Positions 38,932-48,715 of a stretch of 58,857 nt of DNA are shown here, one piece after another. Positions within the stretch are counted from its first letter, which is position 1; the number at the start of each line of letters is the position of its first letter. The position numbers and the translations under genes were made by a program. This DNA comes from Chlorobiota bacterium (GTDB lineage: Bacteria; Bacteroidota; Ignavibacteria; Kapaibacteriales; HRBIN21), in contig JBCNUX010000008.1 in NCBI GenBank assembly GCA_039630485.1, forward strand, positions 1-58,857, written 5' to 3'. The notes below the pieces were generated by a model. That model saw only the letters and a list, made by a program, of their open reading frames with translations. It had not been told where the DNA came from and ran no database searches.

Positions 38932-40887
38932 ATGCGGGGCGGGAGCAGCCTACTGTGGCTCTGCTGCCTATGGAGTGGCGCGGCTGGAGCAGTTTCCCAG
39001 GACACCACACGTGTTGACACGGCTCGCTACCGATTCCCGCCGTTCGCTGTAGAGGCACAGCGCCCCGCAGCCGAGCAGCTCGTGGCGGCGCCGATGACCG
39101 CCGTGTCGGCTCGAGAGATTGCCCGGCAGATCGTCTGGCAGGGTGCCGAGGCTTTGGTGGGGCTCCCGGGGGTTTTCATCCGGGATTACGGCGGACTTGG
39201 TGGGCTGAAGACTATCTCCGTCCGTGGGCTTGGGGCCGTGCAGACACTGGTCTTGCTGGATGGCGTCCGCCTGAATACGGCGCTGCACGGCGTCTACGAC
39301 GTGGGGAATCTCCCTATGTCCTTCGCCGAGGAGCTCGTGCTCGTTGCTGGCGGAGCCTCTGCACTGGTGGGGGCGTATGCCGGTTCAGGGGCTGTCTTGG
39401 TGCACACACTTCCGAGGCAACCGTTCCCATACCTCCGGGCGCTCTTGGGGGCAGCCTCGTTCGGCGAGTGGCGGGCGGCGTTCCAAGGGGTGGTGGCAGG
39501 GGGAGCAGCAGCGGCAAAGGTCGGGCTCCAGTATTTGAGGTCGCGCGGGGATTACCCCTTCCAGACCCACCAGTTCGGGGAGCTGCGGACGGAACGACGG
39601 CAGAATGGAGACTATGAGGCATTGACGGGACTCTTCGCCGTGGAGCATTCGTTGCCCGATGTCCGAGCGTCGCTGCAGGGGTTCTGGCTGCGCGCTCTCC
39701 GAGGAGTCCCGGGTGCAGTCGTCCAGGGCCGAATAGAGTTCGCCCAGGCCCGTTTGGAAGAGGCAGACGGCTTCGTTGCAGCTCGGTTCTCCCTGCCACG
39801 GGTTGGACTGGAGTGGCTTTCGGCCGTACGGCATGGCTTCCTGCAGTATCGAGACCCTGAGGCGCGGGTTTGGGGACCACGCGGGGCTTACGACGATGCG
39901 GTTGCCTGGGAGGCCGTCACGGCGATCCGATGGCACGGGACGGTTCTGCCCCCGACGTCGGGCTGGCTCCAGGCTGAGCTCCGCCGAGAGATGGTTGAAG
40001 GAACGCTGCTACGTCCACAAGGGCGGTCGGAGGCGGGGCGCTGGAGCGCTACGCTGGCAGCGTCGCTGCTTCAGCGTCTCTGGGGTGGCGAGCTCTTGAC
40101 TGCTCTTCGCTGGGAGGCACACCGGCAGTATGCTCCAGCATTCTGCCCGCTGATAGGGCTGCAGTACGCCTGGCAGACCCTTCGCCTGCGTGTCCAATGG
40201 AGCCACAACTTCCGCCCCCCGAGCTTCGCCGAGCTGTACTACTTCAACTTCGGCTCCCCTGACCTACGGCCGGAGCGCACGGAGTCCTGGAACGTTGGGG
40301 TGGAGTGGGCTGTTGCCGACTGGATGAGGCTGCGGGCGGATGCCTTTACGATGTGGGTGCGGGACCAGATCGTGGCGGTTCCGAGGAGTCCCGTCTTCTG
40401 GAGCGCTCGGAATGTTGGACTCGTCTGGAGCCGTGGCGTAGAGGTTGCTGCTTCTGTACGGGGTGGCAACTGGCTGCGGCTCATGGCTCACATGACGTGG
40501 CAGCGCGTCACCGACCAGACCGACAATCCGTACACGCGTGGGCATCAGCTCCCGTACGTCCCGGTGCTGCTGGGGGCAGCGAAGGCCGAACTGCTCTGGT
40601 CTCCTGTGGAAGTCATGCTCCAGCTCTTGGTGACAGGGCGGCGCTGGAGCCAGCCGGATAATGCTCCAGAGAGTGCCATGCCGCCGTATGGGCTCCTGGA
40701 CTGTGCTCTCAGCTATCAGTGGCCCCTTGCGGCGGCGACTGCTACTTTTCGAGTAGCGTTGCGGAATGCGGGGGACGTTCGCTATGAAGTCATCCGGAAC
40801 TACCCCTTGCCCGGCCGCTCCGTGCGGGCGGAAGTAGAGTTGCGTTGGTCACCTTATGGGAAAGTCCCCTCCCATGCACGCCACTGA
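38932..40887 (+). CDS. TonB-dependent receptor (BtuB-like plug)
   Basis: PGVFIRDYGG.GGLKTISVRG, VLLDGVRLN, FRPPSFAELY, DLRPE, YPLPGRS. Confidence 0.88.
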   Translation: MRGGSSLLWLCCLWSGAAGAVSQDTTRVDTARYRFPPFAVEAQRPAAEQLVAAPMTAVSAREIARQIVWQGAEALVGLPGVFIRDYGGLGGLKTISVRGLGAVQTLVLLDGVRLNTALHGVYDVGNLPMSFAEELVLVAGGASALVGAYAGSGAVLVHTLPRQPFPYLRALLGAASFGEWRAAFQGVVAGGAAAAKVGLQYLRSRGDYPFQTHQFGELRTERRQNGDYEALTGLFAVEHSLPDVRASLQGFWLRALRGVPGAVVQGRIEFAQARLEEADGFVAARFSLPRVGLEWLSAVRHGFLQYRDPEARVWGPRGAYDDAVAWEAVTAIRWHGTVLPPTSGWLQAELRREMVEGTLLRPQGRSEAGRWSATLAASLLQRLWGGELLTALRWEAHRQYAPAFCPLIGLQYAWQTLRLRVQWSHNFRPPSFAELYYFNFGSPDLRPERTESWNVGVEWAVADWMRLRADAFTMWVRDQIVAVPRSPVFWSARNVGLVWSRGVEVAASVRGGNWLRLMAHMTWQRVTDQTDNPYTRGHQLPYVPVLLGAAKAELLWSPVEVMLQLLVTGRRWSQPDNAPESAMPPYGLLDCALSYQWPLAAATATFRVALRNAGDVRYEVIRNYPLPGRSVRAEVELRWSPYGKVPSHARH

Positions 40888-43082
40888 AGGCGTGCCGTTC
40901 GCGGCGGGCTGCCGTCGAGCTGGAGAGGGAAGAGGTTGGGTGGGGCCTGGAAGAGTTGCCGGCCGTTCGCGGTGAGGAAGGTCCCGTAGGTGAAGCCGCA
41001 CTGGATACCGGTTGCGGTTTGCTGCAGGAAGGCGAAGTCGGCGTCGGTGGCGAAGGTACCGAGAGTAAGTGTCCGGAGGTTGCTTTCGTACTGTGGGCGA
41101 CGTCCGTCTCCAACGCTGCCGGCCCGAACGTCCCACAATGCCGTGAAGAGCCACGAGGTATCGCCCTGGGTAAGTCGGACGCCGATTCCGGTTGGTAGCA
41201 CGACGAGGCTATCCCCACTAAGTGGCGGTGTCTGCACAGTTCGCGGGACTGGGAGGAGGCGGGTTGCACAGACAACGCGCTCTCCAGCCCTAAACCAGCC
41301 GCTCAGCCACCGGACATAGGCAGCTGCCGGGACTCCATGACGTGGCAGCGATATCACGGTATCCCGTATCCCAGGCTGACCGAGTCCCAGCACTGCTAAT
41401 CCCCATGCCGTGTTTCCCCGGAGGCCCGGAATGGAGTCCGTAGCCAGGAGGCACCATCCTCTTCCAGAACGGAGCACCGTTCCGCCGTGCCAGAACTGGG
41501 CGAGCGTAAAGGCGCCGTCCCGTAGGAAGTGCACGATGTCTAGCACCAAGAGCTGGGCAGAGGGGCGCAGGAAGACACAGAGCCGTTCCCATACGTACCC
41601 GGCCGCCTCCTCTGCCAGCCAAAGCCGTGCATAGCTGAGGCTGCGGAAGTCCCAGACGTCCACCCGAGTGGTCTGGACGGGTCGGTGGGTACCTGCATGG
41701 CGGAGGAACTCCCAGAGCGATTGCCCAGCAGAGGGCTTGGCTGCACGCACGACGAGGCGATTGTGGAAGTATTCGGCCCGGTATGCCCCGTAAGGCCCTG
41801 AGGGGACGGCGTCACGGTAGCCCGGCGGCGTCAGTAGCAAAGCCCCTTGGTGGAGGAACCAGGCAATGGAGAGCTCATCGGAGTGGCCGTGCGAGCCCTT
41901 CTCCTCTTCGATTGGCAGCGACTGTTGCAGAAAAGTCTGGGCCCTCCAGCCGAATGGGGGCACATCGCGGTAGTTGAGCAGAACGAACGTTGCCGCTGTG
42001 TCCCATCCCGTTCGGAAGACCAGCTTCTTGGACAGGGCGTCTTCGGACCACGATAGCGCGGGCTCCGGCGGGAGTGGCAGCAAGGTGGTATCAGCCCATC
42101 GGGCAGCATCCCAGAGGATGAGGGCACGGTACGGCGGAAGCGGTGCTTGGGGCATGACCCAGCGGCGGAAGATCTGCAACGCTGCCCAACGATACTGCGG
42201 CCTGCGGAGACGAGTGGCCGCCCACTCAAACGCCGCGATGAATTCAGCAGCGTTCTCCCCAGGGGTTCGGGTATCACCAAAAGGGGCCACAGTGCCGAAG
42301 GGTGCCAGGAGCTGGAGTGCAGCTTCAACATAGAGCGGCACCTGTGGAAGGTGCCAGGTCACGGAGTCGGTACACTCTCCGTAGAGTAGCAGCGCGTGCA
42401 GCCAGATGCCCCAGTAGAGCTGGGCGTCTTCCAGTAGCCAGCTCTGCTGGCTTTCTGCCACCAGGGTGCGGGCGGTAGTGTGCCAGAAGTGTGCCTGAGG
42501 CCGGTCTGGACAGGCCTGGGCCGCTAACTCTAGGCCGAGCGCCCGCAGAACGGCGCGGTTCATAGCACCGACTTCGGCAAAGTGGAGGGCATGGTCGGCG
42601 CTTTCGGCGATGAGCTGTTGCATGTAAGCCTGCTGCACGGCCGAGAGTGCTCCTCGAATGCGGAGGTAGGCCCTGCAGAAGATGGGGAGAGCGAAGAAGC
42701 TCGTCACTGGCGGGACGCTGTGAGCGTACTGCGGTATGTGGTGTCGGAGCTCCTCAGGGTAGAGGCGTCGGAGGGTATCGTAGAGGGCGAGCCACCGGAA
42801 CGCCGTAAGAGCATGGGAAGGCTCGCGGGTCTGTTCGTAGAGGGCTGCTGCCAGTCCTGCTACGGCTACGGGCTCAATCGGAGGGTGGAACTCTTGGAAG
42901 TCTCTGGGAGCAAAACCGGCACGCCAGCGGGCGACCTGTGCTGGCAGTTGACGGAGAGCAGCCTGGTAGCTCTGCCAGACTACCTCCTGGTACGTTGCCG
43001 CGGTGCTGCTCCATAGGAGCCCTAGCGTCCCAAGGCAGCAAGCCCCCAGAGAGCTGCCAAGAGGAGGCCAACAATGAGCCAT
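40854..43082 (-). CDS. Large exported hypothetical protein, heparinase II/III (alpha/alpha toroid plus beta-sandwich)-like
   Basis: Helical N-half with PFGD; VFRTGW, HGHSDELSI and HNRL motifs like heparinase II/III. Start ATG 43082 is an estimate. Confidence 0.55.
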   Translation of the reverse strand: MAHCWPPLGSSLGACCLGTLGLLWSSTAATYQEVVWQSYQAALRQLPAQVARWRAGFAPRDFQEFHPPIEPVAVAGLAAALYEQTREPSHALTAFRWLALYDTLRRLYPEELRHHIPQYAHSVPPVTSFFALPIFCRAYLRIRGALSAVQQAYMQQLIAESADHALHFAEVGAMNRAVLRALGLELAAQACPDRPQAHFWHTTARTLVAESQQSWLLEDAQLYWGIWLHALLLYGECTDSVTWHLPQVPLYVEAALQLLAPFGTVAPFGDTRTPGENAAEFIAAFEWAATRLRRPQYRWAALQIFRRWVMPQAPLPPYRALILWDAARWADTTLLPLPPEPALSWSEDALSKKLVFRTGWDTAATFVLLNYRDVPPFGWRAQTFLQQSLPIEEEKGSHGHSDELSIAWFLHQGALLLTPPGYRDAVPSGPYGAYRAEYFHNRLVVRAAKPSAGQSLWEFLRHAGTHRPVQTTRVDVWDFRSLSYARLWLAEEAAGYVWERLCVFLRPSAQLLVLDIVHFLRDGAFTLAQFWHGGTVLRSGRGWCLLATDSIPGLRGNTAWGLAVLGLGQPGIRDTVISLPRHGVPAAAYVRWLSGWFRAGERVVCATRLLPVPRTVQTPPLSGDSLVVLPTGIGVRLTQGDTSWLFTALWDVRAGSVGDGRRPQYESNLRTLTLGTFATDADFAFLQQTATGIQCGFTYGTFLTANGRQLFQAPPNLFPLQLDGSPPRTARLQWRAWEGTFP

Positions 43083-45127
43083 GCTCCACCGAATCCGAGG
43101 ACATCTTCCCAGGATGGCTTCCCGATCTCCCATGCTGAGCCTGGGAACAGCTTCTGTGCCTCCCATCGCTCAGGGTACCGGGCGGCGTCTCCCAGCGCTT
43201 GCCGATCTGCGTCCGGTGTTGGCTGGACGGGCACACGGAGCCGGAGGAAGAACTGCCGTACAGATGCATCGGAGGAAGGGCGGGTCAGGAGGCTGAAGAG
43301 GAACAGGAGCACGAACGGGAAGAGCGCGTCGAAGGCGAAACGGGCAGCGTTTAGCTCGGCCTTGCTCCACTGCCGCAAGTCCAGGCCAAACCATGATAGA
43401 ACCCACAGCTCGGCATGGAAGCGCCCCTGTCCGATGCGGCGGGAGTTGGGATCGGCTGGATTCTCCCGGACAACGGTCTCGAAGAAGACCCCAGTCGGCG
43501 GGATGAGCACAGTCTGGGCAAGCCGCTCTCCAATCCGCTGTGCGCGCCCCTGCTGGACATCCTCTGCCGTTGCCGGCCGGTGGACAACAGCAGTGCGCGC
43601 AGCCGTCTCCACCGTCAGTGCCGGATGTGCTCGGGTCCAGGGGAGCACGGGGAAGAGGTGGGGAATGCCGATGTACAGCACCAAGCAGACGAGCACCTGG
43701 GTGATCACTGCCGTTCGCGTCAGCCGTCGCCAGAGGAAGCCAAGCCAAATCGGGGCTCCAAAGATGGCCGGGAGGGTGATGAAGTACTTGAACAGGTCCA
43801 GCACGTTGTTGACCCAGACTGCGACGCCGGCCGCGCCGAAGAGGGTGAGTAGCACCACGATTCGCCCGATGAGGACGTAGTGGCGCTCCGAGCGCTTTGG
43901 TATCAAGGGTGCGTAGAGGTTGCGCACGAAGAGAGCGGCGTAGGTGAGTGCGTTGGTGTCCATCGTTGACATGTTCGCCGCCACCATCCCTATGAGCATC
44001 AGTCCCAGGAAGCCGGGGGCGAGGAACTCCCGCATGAGCAACCCCCAAAGAAGCTCTGGATCGTGGATGCGGCCAGCGAAGAGCGCTGCTCCAACGAGTC
44101 CAACGAGGGCCCAGAAGAGCATGATCAGACGCTTGGCGAACATGCCTCCGAGAAGCCCCAATCGCGCAGCCCGCTCATCTTGGGCTGAGCCAGCAATTGC
44201 CACTAGCGGAGCTGCTGCAATGATGGAGACAAGGTTCGCCACGGACATGGCAAGCACGGTGAGCGGACCGTAGTCCGTCAGCGTTACCTCTCCAAACACG
44301 GCAAAGAAGTGCTCGGGTAGCCGCTGATGGAGGCCTGTAAACCCACCAATTGCGGCAAGTCCAGCAGGCACCAAGAGGACAGAGAAGGTGATGATGAGCA
44401 ACCCCTGCAGCACATTCGTCCAGGCAGCAGCGGCAAATCCTCCGAGGAGCGTGTAGAGCGCAACGATAGCAGCAAACGAAAGGTAGATCGCGGCTGGCTC
44501 TACCCACGAGATGACCCCTCGGAGCTGACCGCTCTCCGCCAGCTCATGGAGCTCCTCCAGGCGCTGGCGTTCGGTTGCAGAGAGCTCCTCCAATGGCCGC
44601 TGGCGTAGGCGTTGGTATTCCGTGAAGAGCTCCACCTGCTGGCGTTCTTCGGCCATCCAAGCAGTCTCAGGCTTCAGCAGGAGCGCTGCTATCGTCTTGC
44701 CAGTGATGACGAAGCTCACAGCTCCGCCAACGACGGCCATCACGAGCGTGAACGAGGCAAAGAGGGCAGCCAGCAAGGGGCTCCGGAAGCGCTCGACGAA
44801 GAAGTCGCTGAGCGTCACAATCCGTGCCCGACGGTAGAGGGTGGCGATGAACCAGTAGAACGGGGTGAGGAAGAGCACCAGGTACTGGATCCACATGCCG
44901 CCAAGGCCCTGGCGGTAGACTTCGCGGCTGATAGCGATGGCTTGGTCAGCGTTCGTCGCATTGCCAAAGCTGAGGAAGAACTGGACTATCGTCCGAAGGC
45001 GACGCCCTGCCAAGAAGAATTCCTCCTGACTCTGCTGCCGCCTCCGTAAGCGATACCCGATCCAGAGCACCGAGAAGATGTAGATGCCGATGACCAAGAG
45101 GTCCAACCAGTGAAGCCCAGGCAGCAT
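43022..45127 (-). CDS. Sodium:solute symporter family protein with large loop insertions
   Basis: LDLLVIGIY, EEFFLAGR, YTLLGG..A.AWTN.LQG, GMVAANMST.D; ATG shares a base with the rsgA stop (TGATG). Confidence 0.85.
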   Translation of the reverse strand: MLPGLHWLDLLVIGIYIFSVLWIGYRLRRRQQSQEEFFLAGRRLRTIVQFFLSFGNATNADQAIAISREVYRQGLGGMWIQYLVLFLTPFYWFIATLYRRARIVTLSDFFVERFRSPLLAALFASFTLVMAVVGGAVSFVITGKTIAALLLKPETAWMAEERQQVELFTEYQRLRQRPLEELSATERQRLEELHELAESGQLRGVISWVEPAAIYLSFAAIVALYTLLGGFAAAAWTNVLQGLLIITFSVLLVPAGLAAIGGFTGLHQRLPEHFFAVFGEVTLTDYGPLTVLAMSVANLVSIIAAAPLVAIAGSAQDERAARLGLLGGMFAKRLIMLFWALVGLVGAALFAGRIHDPELLWGLLMREFLAPGFLGLMLIGMVAANMSTMDTNALTYAALFVRNLYAPLIPKRSERHYVLIGRIVVLLTLFGAAGVAVWVNNVLDLFKYFITLPAIFGAPIWLGFLWRRLTRTAVITQVLVCLVLYIGIPHLFPVLPWTRAHPALTVETAARTAVVHRPATAEDVQQGRAQRIGERLAQTVLIPPTGVFFETVVRENPADPNSRRIGQGRFHAELWVLSWFGLDLRQWSKAELNAARFAFDALFPFVLLFLFSLLTRPSSDASVRQFFLRLRVPVQPTPDADRQALGDAARYPERWEAQKLFPGSAWEIGKPSWEDVLGFGGAWLIVGLLLAALWGLAALGR

Positions 45128-46161
45128 CAGCGTCGTCCTCGGCGCCACTCGTACTTAGGGAGGCTCTGCCACAGGCGGCAGTAGTGTTCGTAACGCCACG
45201 CTGGTATCTCTCCCCGCTCAACAGCAGCTCGCACTGCGCACTGGGGTTCGTGGATGTGGCTGCAGGGCTGGTAGGTGCATTCCTGTGCCCATGGCAAGAA
45301 ATCGTCGAAGTAGGCTGGCAGTTCGTCGCGCGTCAGTTCCCAGATTGTCAGGTCCTGAATACCTGGCGTGTCGACGATATAACCGCCCTGAGGGAGCCGA
45401 AACATACGCGCCATGGTGGTGACATGGCGCCCACGCTGGAGCTTGTGGCTGATTTTGCCAACGAGTTGCTCTTCCCTGCCCAGGAGCAGGTTCGTGAGCG
45501 TGGATTTGCCAGCTCCAGAAGGACCTGAGAAGACAGAGACCTTGTCTCGGAGCGCTTCCCTCAGGCAGTCAATTCCGGCCCCAGTTCGTGCACTACAGAG
45601 GATGAGCTGCAAGCCAAGCTGTTCGCTGTAGTAGCGTAGTTCCTCGGAGAGCTGTTCCAGCGAGCCTAGGTCCAGCTTGTTGATGCAGAGAATCGGGGTG
45701 AGCTCGCCCCGTTGCGCGGCAATGAGGTAACGATCGATGAGGAAGCGATCGTACCTCGGTTCAGCTGCAGCGTGGAGGATGACAAGCTGGTCAACGTTGC
45801 TGGTGATGACCTGTTCTTGTCCCTCGCGGCGGCGGTACCGGGTCAGCTTTGTACGGCGATCGTGGATGGAGACGATCATGCCCTGTGGCAGCCCGCTGGG
45901 GGCTTGCTTGTCAGTGAGGATGAACTCTACGAGATCACCGACGGCAACGAGTGTTGAGTCTCCATGGTGCACCACGACGGTTCCGGCGATGCTACATTCC
46001 ACTAGCGTCTCTGGTGCTTGTGCTGGCTCCACTAGCCACCATCGTCCTGTCCCCTCCATGACACGGCCCTGCTGTGGTGGGTGAGAGAGGGGCTTGTGCT
46101 TGACGGGTTTAATGGCGGTTCGGTGTCGGCCCCTTGAGTGCTCGTCCCATCGGGCTGCCAT
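45127..46161 (-). CDS. rsgA: Ribosome small subunit-dependent GTPase A
   Basis: Circularly permuted NKLD, GPSGAGKSTL, GRHVTT, DTPG; Zn site CTYQPCSHIHEPQC. Confidence 0.95.
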   Translation of the reverse strand: MAARWDEHSRGRHRTAIKPVKHKPLSHPPQQGRVMEGTGRWWLVEPAQAPETLVECSIAGTVVVHHGDSTLVAVGDLVEFILTDKQAPSGLPQGMIVSIHDRRTKLTRYRRREGQEQVITSNVDQLVILHAAAEPRYDRFLIDRYLIAAQRGELTPILCINKLDLGSLEQLSEELRYYSEQLGLQLILCSARTGAGIDCLREALRDKVSVFSGPSGAGKSTLTNLLLGREEQLVGKISHKLQRGRHVTTMARMFRLPQGGYIVDTPGIQDLTIWELTRDELPAYFDDFLPWAQECTYQPCSHIHEPQCAVRAAVERGEIPAWRYEHYCRLWQSLPKYEWRRGRR

Positions 46162-46170
46162 GGGGCGGCT

Positions 46171-46896
46171 CTAAAAGGCAGGGAGCAAGCGGAAGATGTC
46201 GTGCCACCGGGTTGTTGCCAGCACTCGAATTCCCAACATCGTGCCGACACCGATGAGGACGACTCCGACCAACCGGTAGAGGCGCTCCAATGCTTCCTGA
46301 TTCAACCGCTGGCGAAAGTGGTGGATACCAGAAGCCAGAAGCTGTAGCCAGAGGAAGTTCCCCAATCCAAAGCCGAGGGCGAAAGCCCCAATGCTCCAGG
46401 GGTCGCCTGGGGAGACAAGCCTAAGCTCATGGGCTAAGAGGCCAACGTACGCCAACGTAGAGGTGAAGGTAGGGCTGGCGACGTTCATGAGTGCCATGCC
46501 GGCGCCGACGAAGAACGCTCCACGCTGCTGCAACGACCAGACGGCAGCCGGCGGTGCTGGAATAGCTCGAGGCCACGTAACCGGTCGAGGTTGCTGGAGT
46601 TGAACAACGCCGTAGACGACAATGACAGCAACGAACAGAAGCTGGAGCAAGAGTGAGAAGATGGGATGCGCTCCCAGGAAGTTCAGCATGTTGCTGATAG
46701 CACCCGCGGCAAGGAGTGCCACAAAGCAGAGTAGGGCATCCACCAGACCTGCCCCAGCCGCTGTATGCAATCCAGCTTGGCGACCTCGGAGCAGACTGTT
46801 CTGCACAACGGTAATCGTTACTGGTCCAACAGCCGGTAACGCTACCAAGACTCCAACGACAACCCCGACAAGACTTGAGATGACCGCTGTAACCAT
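46171..46896 (-). CDS. LysE family translocator
   Basis: VGPVT...VQNSL.RG..AG...AAGA..VD; about 6 TM; ends RLVGVVLIGVG. Confidence 0.8.
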   Translation of the reverse strand: MVTAVISSLVGVVVGVLVALPAVGPVTITVVQNSLLRGRQAGLHTAAGAGLVDALLCFVALLAAGAISNMLNFLGAHPIFSLLLQLLFVAVIVVYGVVQLQQPRPVTWPRAIPAPPAAVWSLQQRGAFFVGAGMALMNVASPTFTSTLAYVGLLAHELRLVSPGDPWSIGAFALGFGLGNFLWLQLLASGIHHFRQRLNQEALERLYRLVGVVLIGVGTMLGIRVLATTRWHDIFRLLPAF

Positions 46897-46948
46897 CGGC
46901 TATGGCTCCGGAGTATGGGGCAGCTCGTACATGGCGCTGGCTGTCATC

Positions 46949-48643
46949 TCAGTAGACGAGCACCGTAGAGTGCCAGACTCGGGCCAGCGCAGGGGAGGCA
47001 ATCCGACATAGGTAGACGCCTCTAGCCAATGGGGAGCCAAGAGGAAGGACGTGCCACCTCGCTCCCGGTTGAGGGAGCATCCACCCTGCAACCCGCTCTC
47101 CGGTCTGAGAGAAGAGTTCAACTGAGGCAGTCGTAATCTCTGCTTGCGGTACGGAAAGCCATAGATGGCCCTCACTGTAGCGTACTGTCGGCGAAGGGTT
47201 CGGTGAACTCGGGACACTCGCTGGCGGGGTTAGGGGGATGACGGTGCCGTCGGGTAGGACTAGGATCGGCCGGAGCTCTGGACCGTTGCCATTGGCGGCT
47301 GGGTTGGCAAAGCCTGTGACGACCAGGACTGCAGCTCTGCCGTTGTGGGGTGAGAGGTCGAGCACGTATTCGGAAGGTAACCCGCGGAGGGTGTCGGCGG
47401 AAGCTGGGAGCTCTCGATAGGGTGCAGTGCTAGCAAAGGATAGCCCTTCTGCAATGGTCTGTCCTCCAACTCTGAGGGTGACAGCTGGTGCATCGGTGAC
47501 CGCATGTACTGCACTGAGGGCAACTGTGCCAGGAGAGCTCTGAAGTTGGAGTGGGAAGGTGACAATCGTAAGGTCTGTCGGGCGACCTTCAGGGTTCGGA
47601 GCAAAGTTCTGTGGCGATAGGACACCGCAGACCACAGCGCCGATCTGCGCACCGGAGGGGAGGATGGCCGTAAAACTGCGCAGGGTGTCTCGGGCGTCGC
47701 GGCTGTTGCCCGGGGCGAGACCTATTGTCAGTGGCCTCTCTGCGGGGAGCTCCGTGGCGGGTGTGGCGCTCCGGAAACCGAAGTCGTCGAGAACTCGTGT
47801 CCCGTTGAGGTACACGTCCACAAGGCGGAGTTGTGGGTCTGGGCTAGCATGAATGATCTGGACCTGAGCCGTCGGATTGGGCACGTCCAGCCGTTGGAAT
47901 TCGATGATTGTACCGTCCAAGAAGACTGCATGGAGCCCTAGACTAGCCCCATTCTGGTTGCGTGCCGGTTGGGCGAAGCCAGAGAGCACTAGGAGTCCGG
48001 AGCTCCCCTTAAAGGGGCGGAGGTCGCCACGGAAACGAGCCACAGGAGAGCCGTCCGAGCTCACGAGTTCCACTGTCAGCGTATCGGCAGGCAGCAACCC
48101 TTGGACGATGGTACTGTAGCTAACGATTCCAGCGTAGAGAGGCTGCCCGTTGCCCCTCAGGATGCGGAGCTGTGGAGCATCGGTTGCAGCGTGGGTGAAG
48201 GCAAGCCAAACACGCTCTGTGTCACCCGTGATGGGGACCTCTTGAATGAGGAGCCGTGCTGCTGTGCTGAGCCCATCAGGGTTTGGGGCAAACCGCTGGG
48301 GAGCTCGGAGACCTAGGAAGACCAGCATATAATCCCGTTCCGGCTGGGGGGCGAGGGTGGTAGTGGCCACAGCATTTGATGCCCCAGTGCTACCTTCTGG
48401 CAGTACGGAGATACGGTATGACAGGCCCGGGCTGGCTAGGACTTCCCTCCGGAAGCTGAGCTGACGGAAAGGCAGTCCAAGGTGCAGCCAGTCGCTGTCG
48501 TAGTAGACGTCTACTTGCTCCAGCTCCGGATCTGCACTGGCATGCAGCACAGAGAAGCTGGCAACCTGAGCACGTCCCGAGAGGATAGCTAAACTCGTCA
48601 CGATGCCAATCCATCCGATGCACCGCAGCATATGCGGCCTCAC
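46949..48643 (-). CDS. Secreted tandem DUF4397 protein with T9SS-like C-terminal domain
   Basis: HASADP..VDVY / HASPDP..VDVY and HAATDAP / HAVTDAP repeats; C-terminal ELFSQTGE...LARGVYL. Start may be ATG 48631. Confidence 0.75.
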   Translation of the reverse strand: MRPHMLRCIGWIGIVTSLAILSGRAQVASFSVLHASADPELEQVDVYYDSDWLHLGLPFRQLSFRREVLASPGLSYRISVLPEGSTGASNAVATTTLAPQPERDYMLVFLGLRAPQRFAPNPDGLSTAARLLIQEVPITGDTERVWLAFTHAATDAPQLRILRGNGQPLYAGIVSYSTIVQGLLPADTLTVELVSSDGSPVARFRGDLRPFKGSSGLLVLSGFAQPARNQNGASLGLHAVFLDGTIIEFQRLDVPNPTAQVQIIHASPDPQLRLVDVYLNGTRVLDDFGFRSATPATELPAERPLTIGLAPGNSRDARDTLRSFTAILPSGAQIGAVVCGVLSPQNFAPNPEGRPTDLTIVTFPLQLQSSPGTVALSAVHAVTDAPAVTLRVGGQTIAEGLSFASTAPYRELPASADTLRGLPSEYVLDLSPHNGRAAVLVVTGFANPAANGNGPELRPILVLPDGTVIPLTPPASVPSSPNPSPTVRYSEGHLWLSVPQAEITTASVELFSQTGERVAGWMLPQPGARWHVLPLGSPLARGVYLCRIASPALARVWHSTVLVY

Positions 48644-48715
48644 GGAGAGAGGTGCGACTAACCGCGCTGCAAATTAAGAGACAGCCAGGATTGCAAGAAC
48701 AGAGCTCGGCGGAGA

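Noticed and set aside
43074-44048. Long antisense (268 aa) and alternative-frame (292 aa) ORFs within the symporter gene
   Set aside because: GC-driven shadow ORFs; the symporter frame carries all the family motifs.
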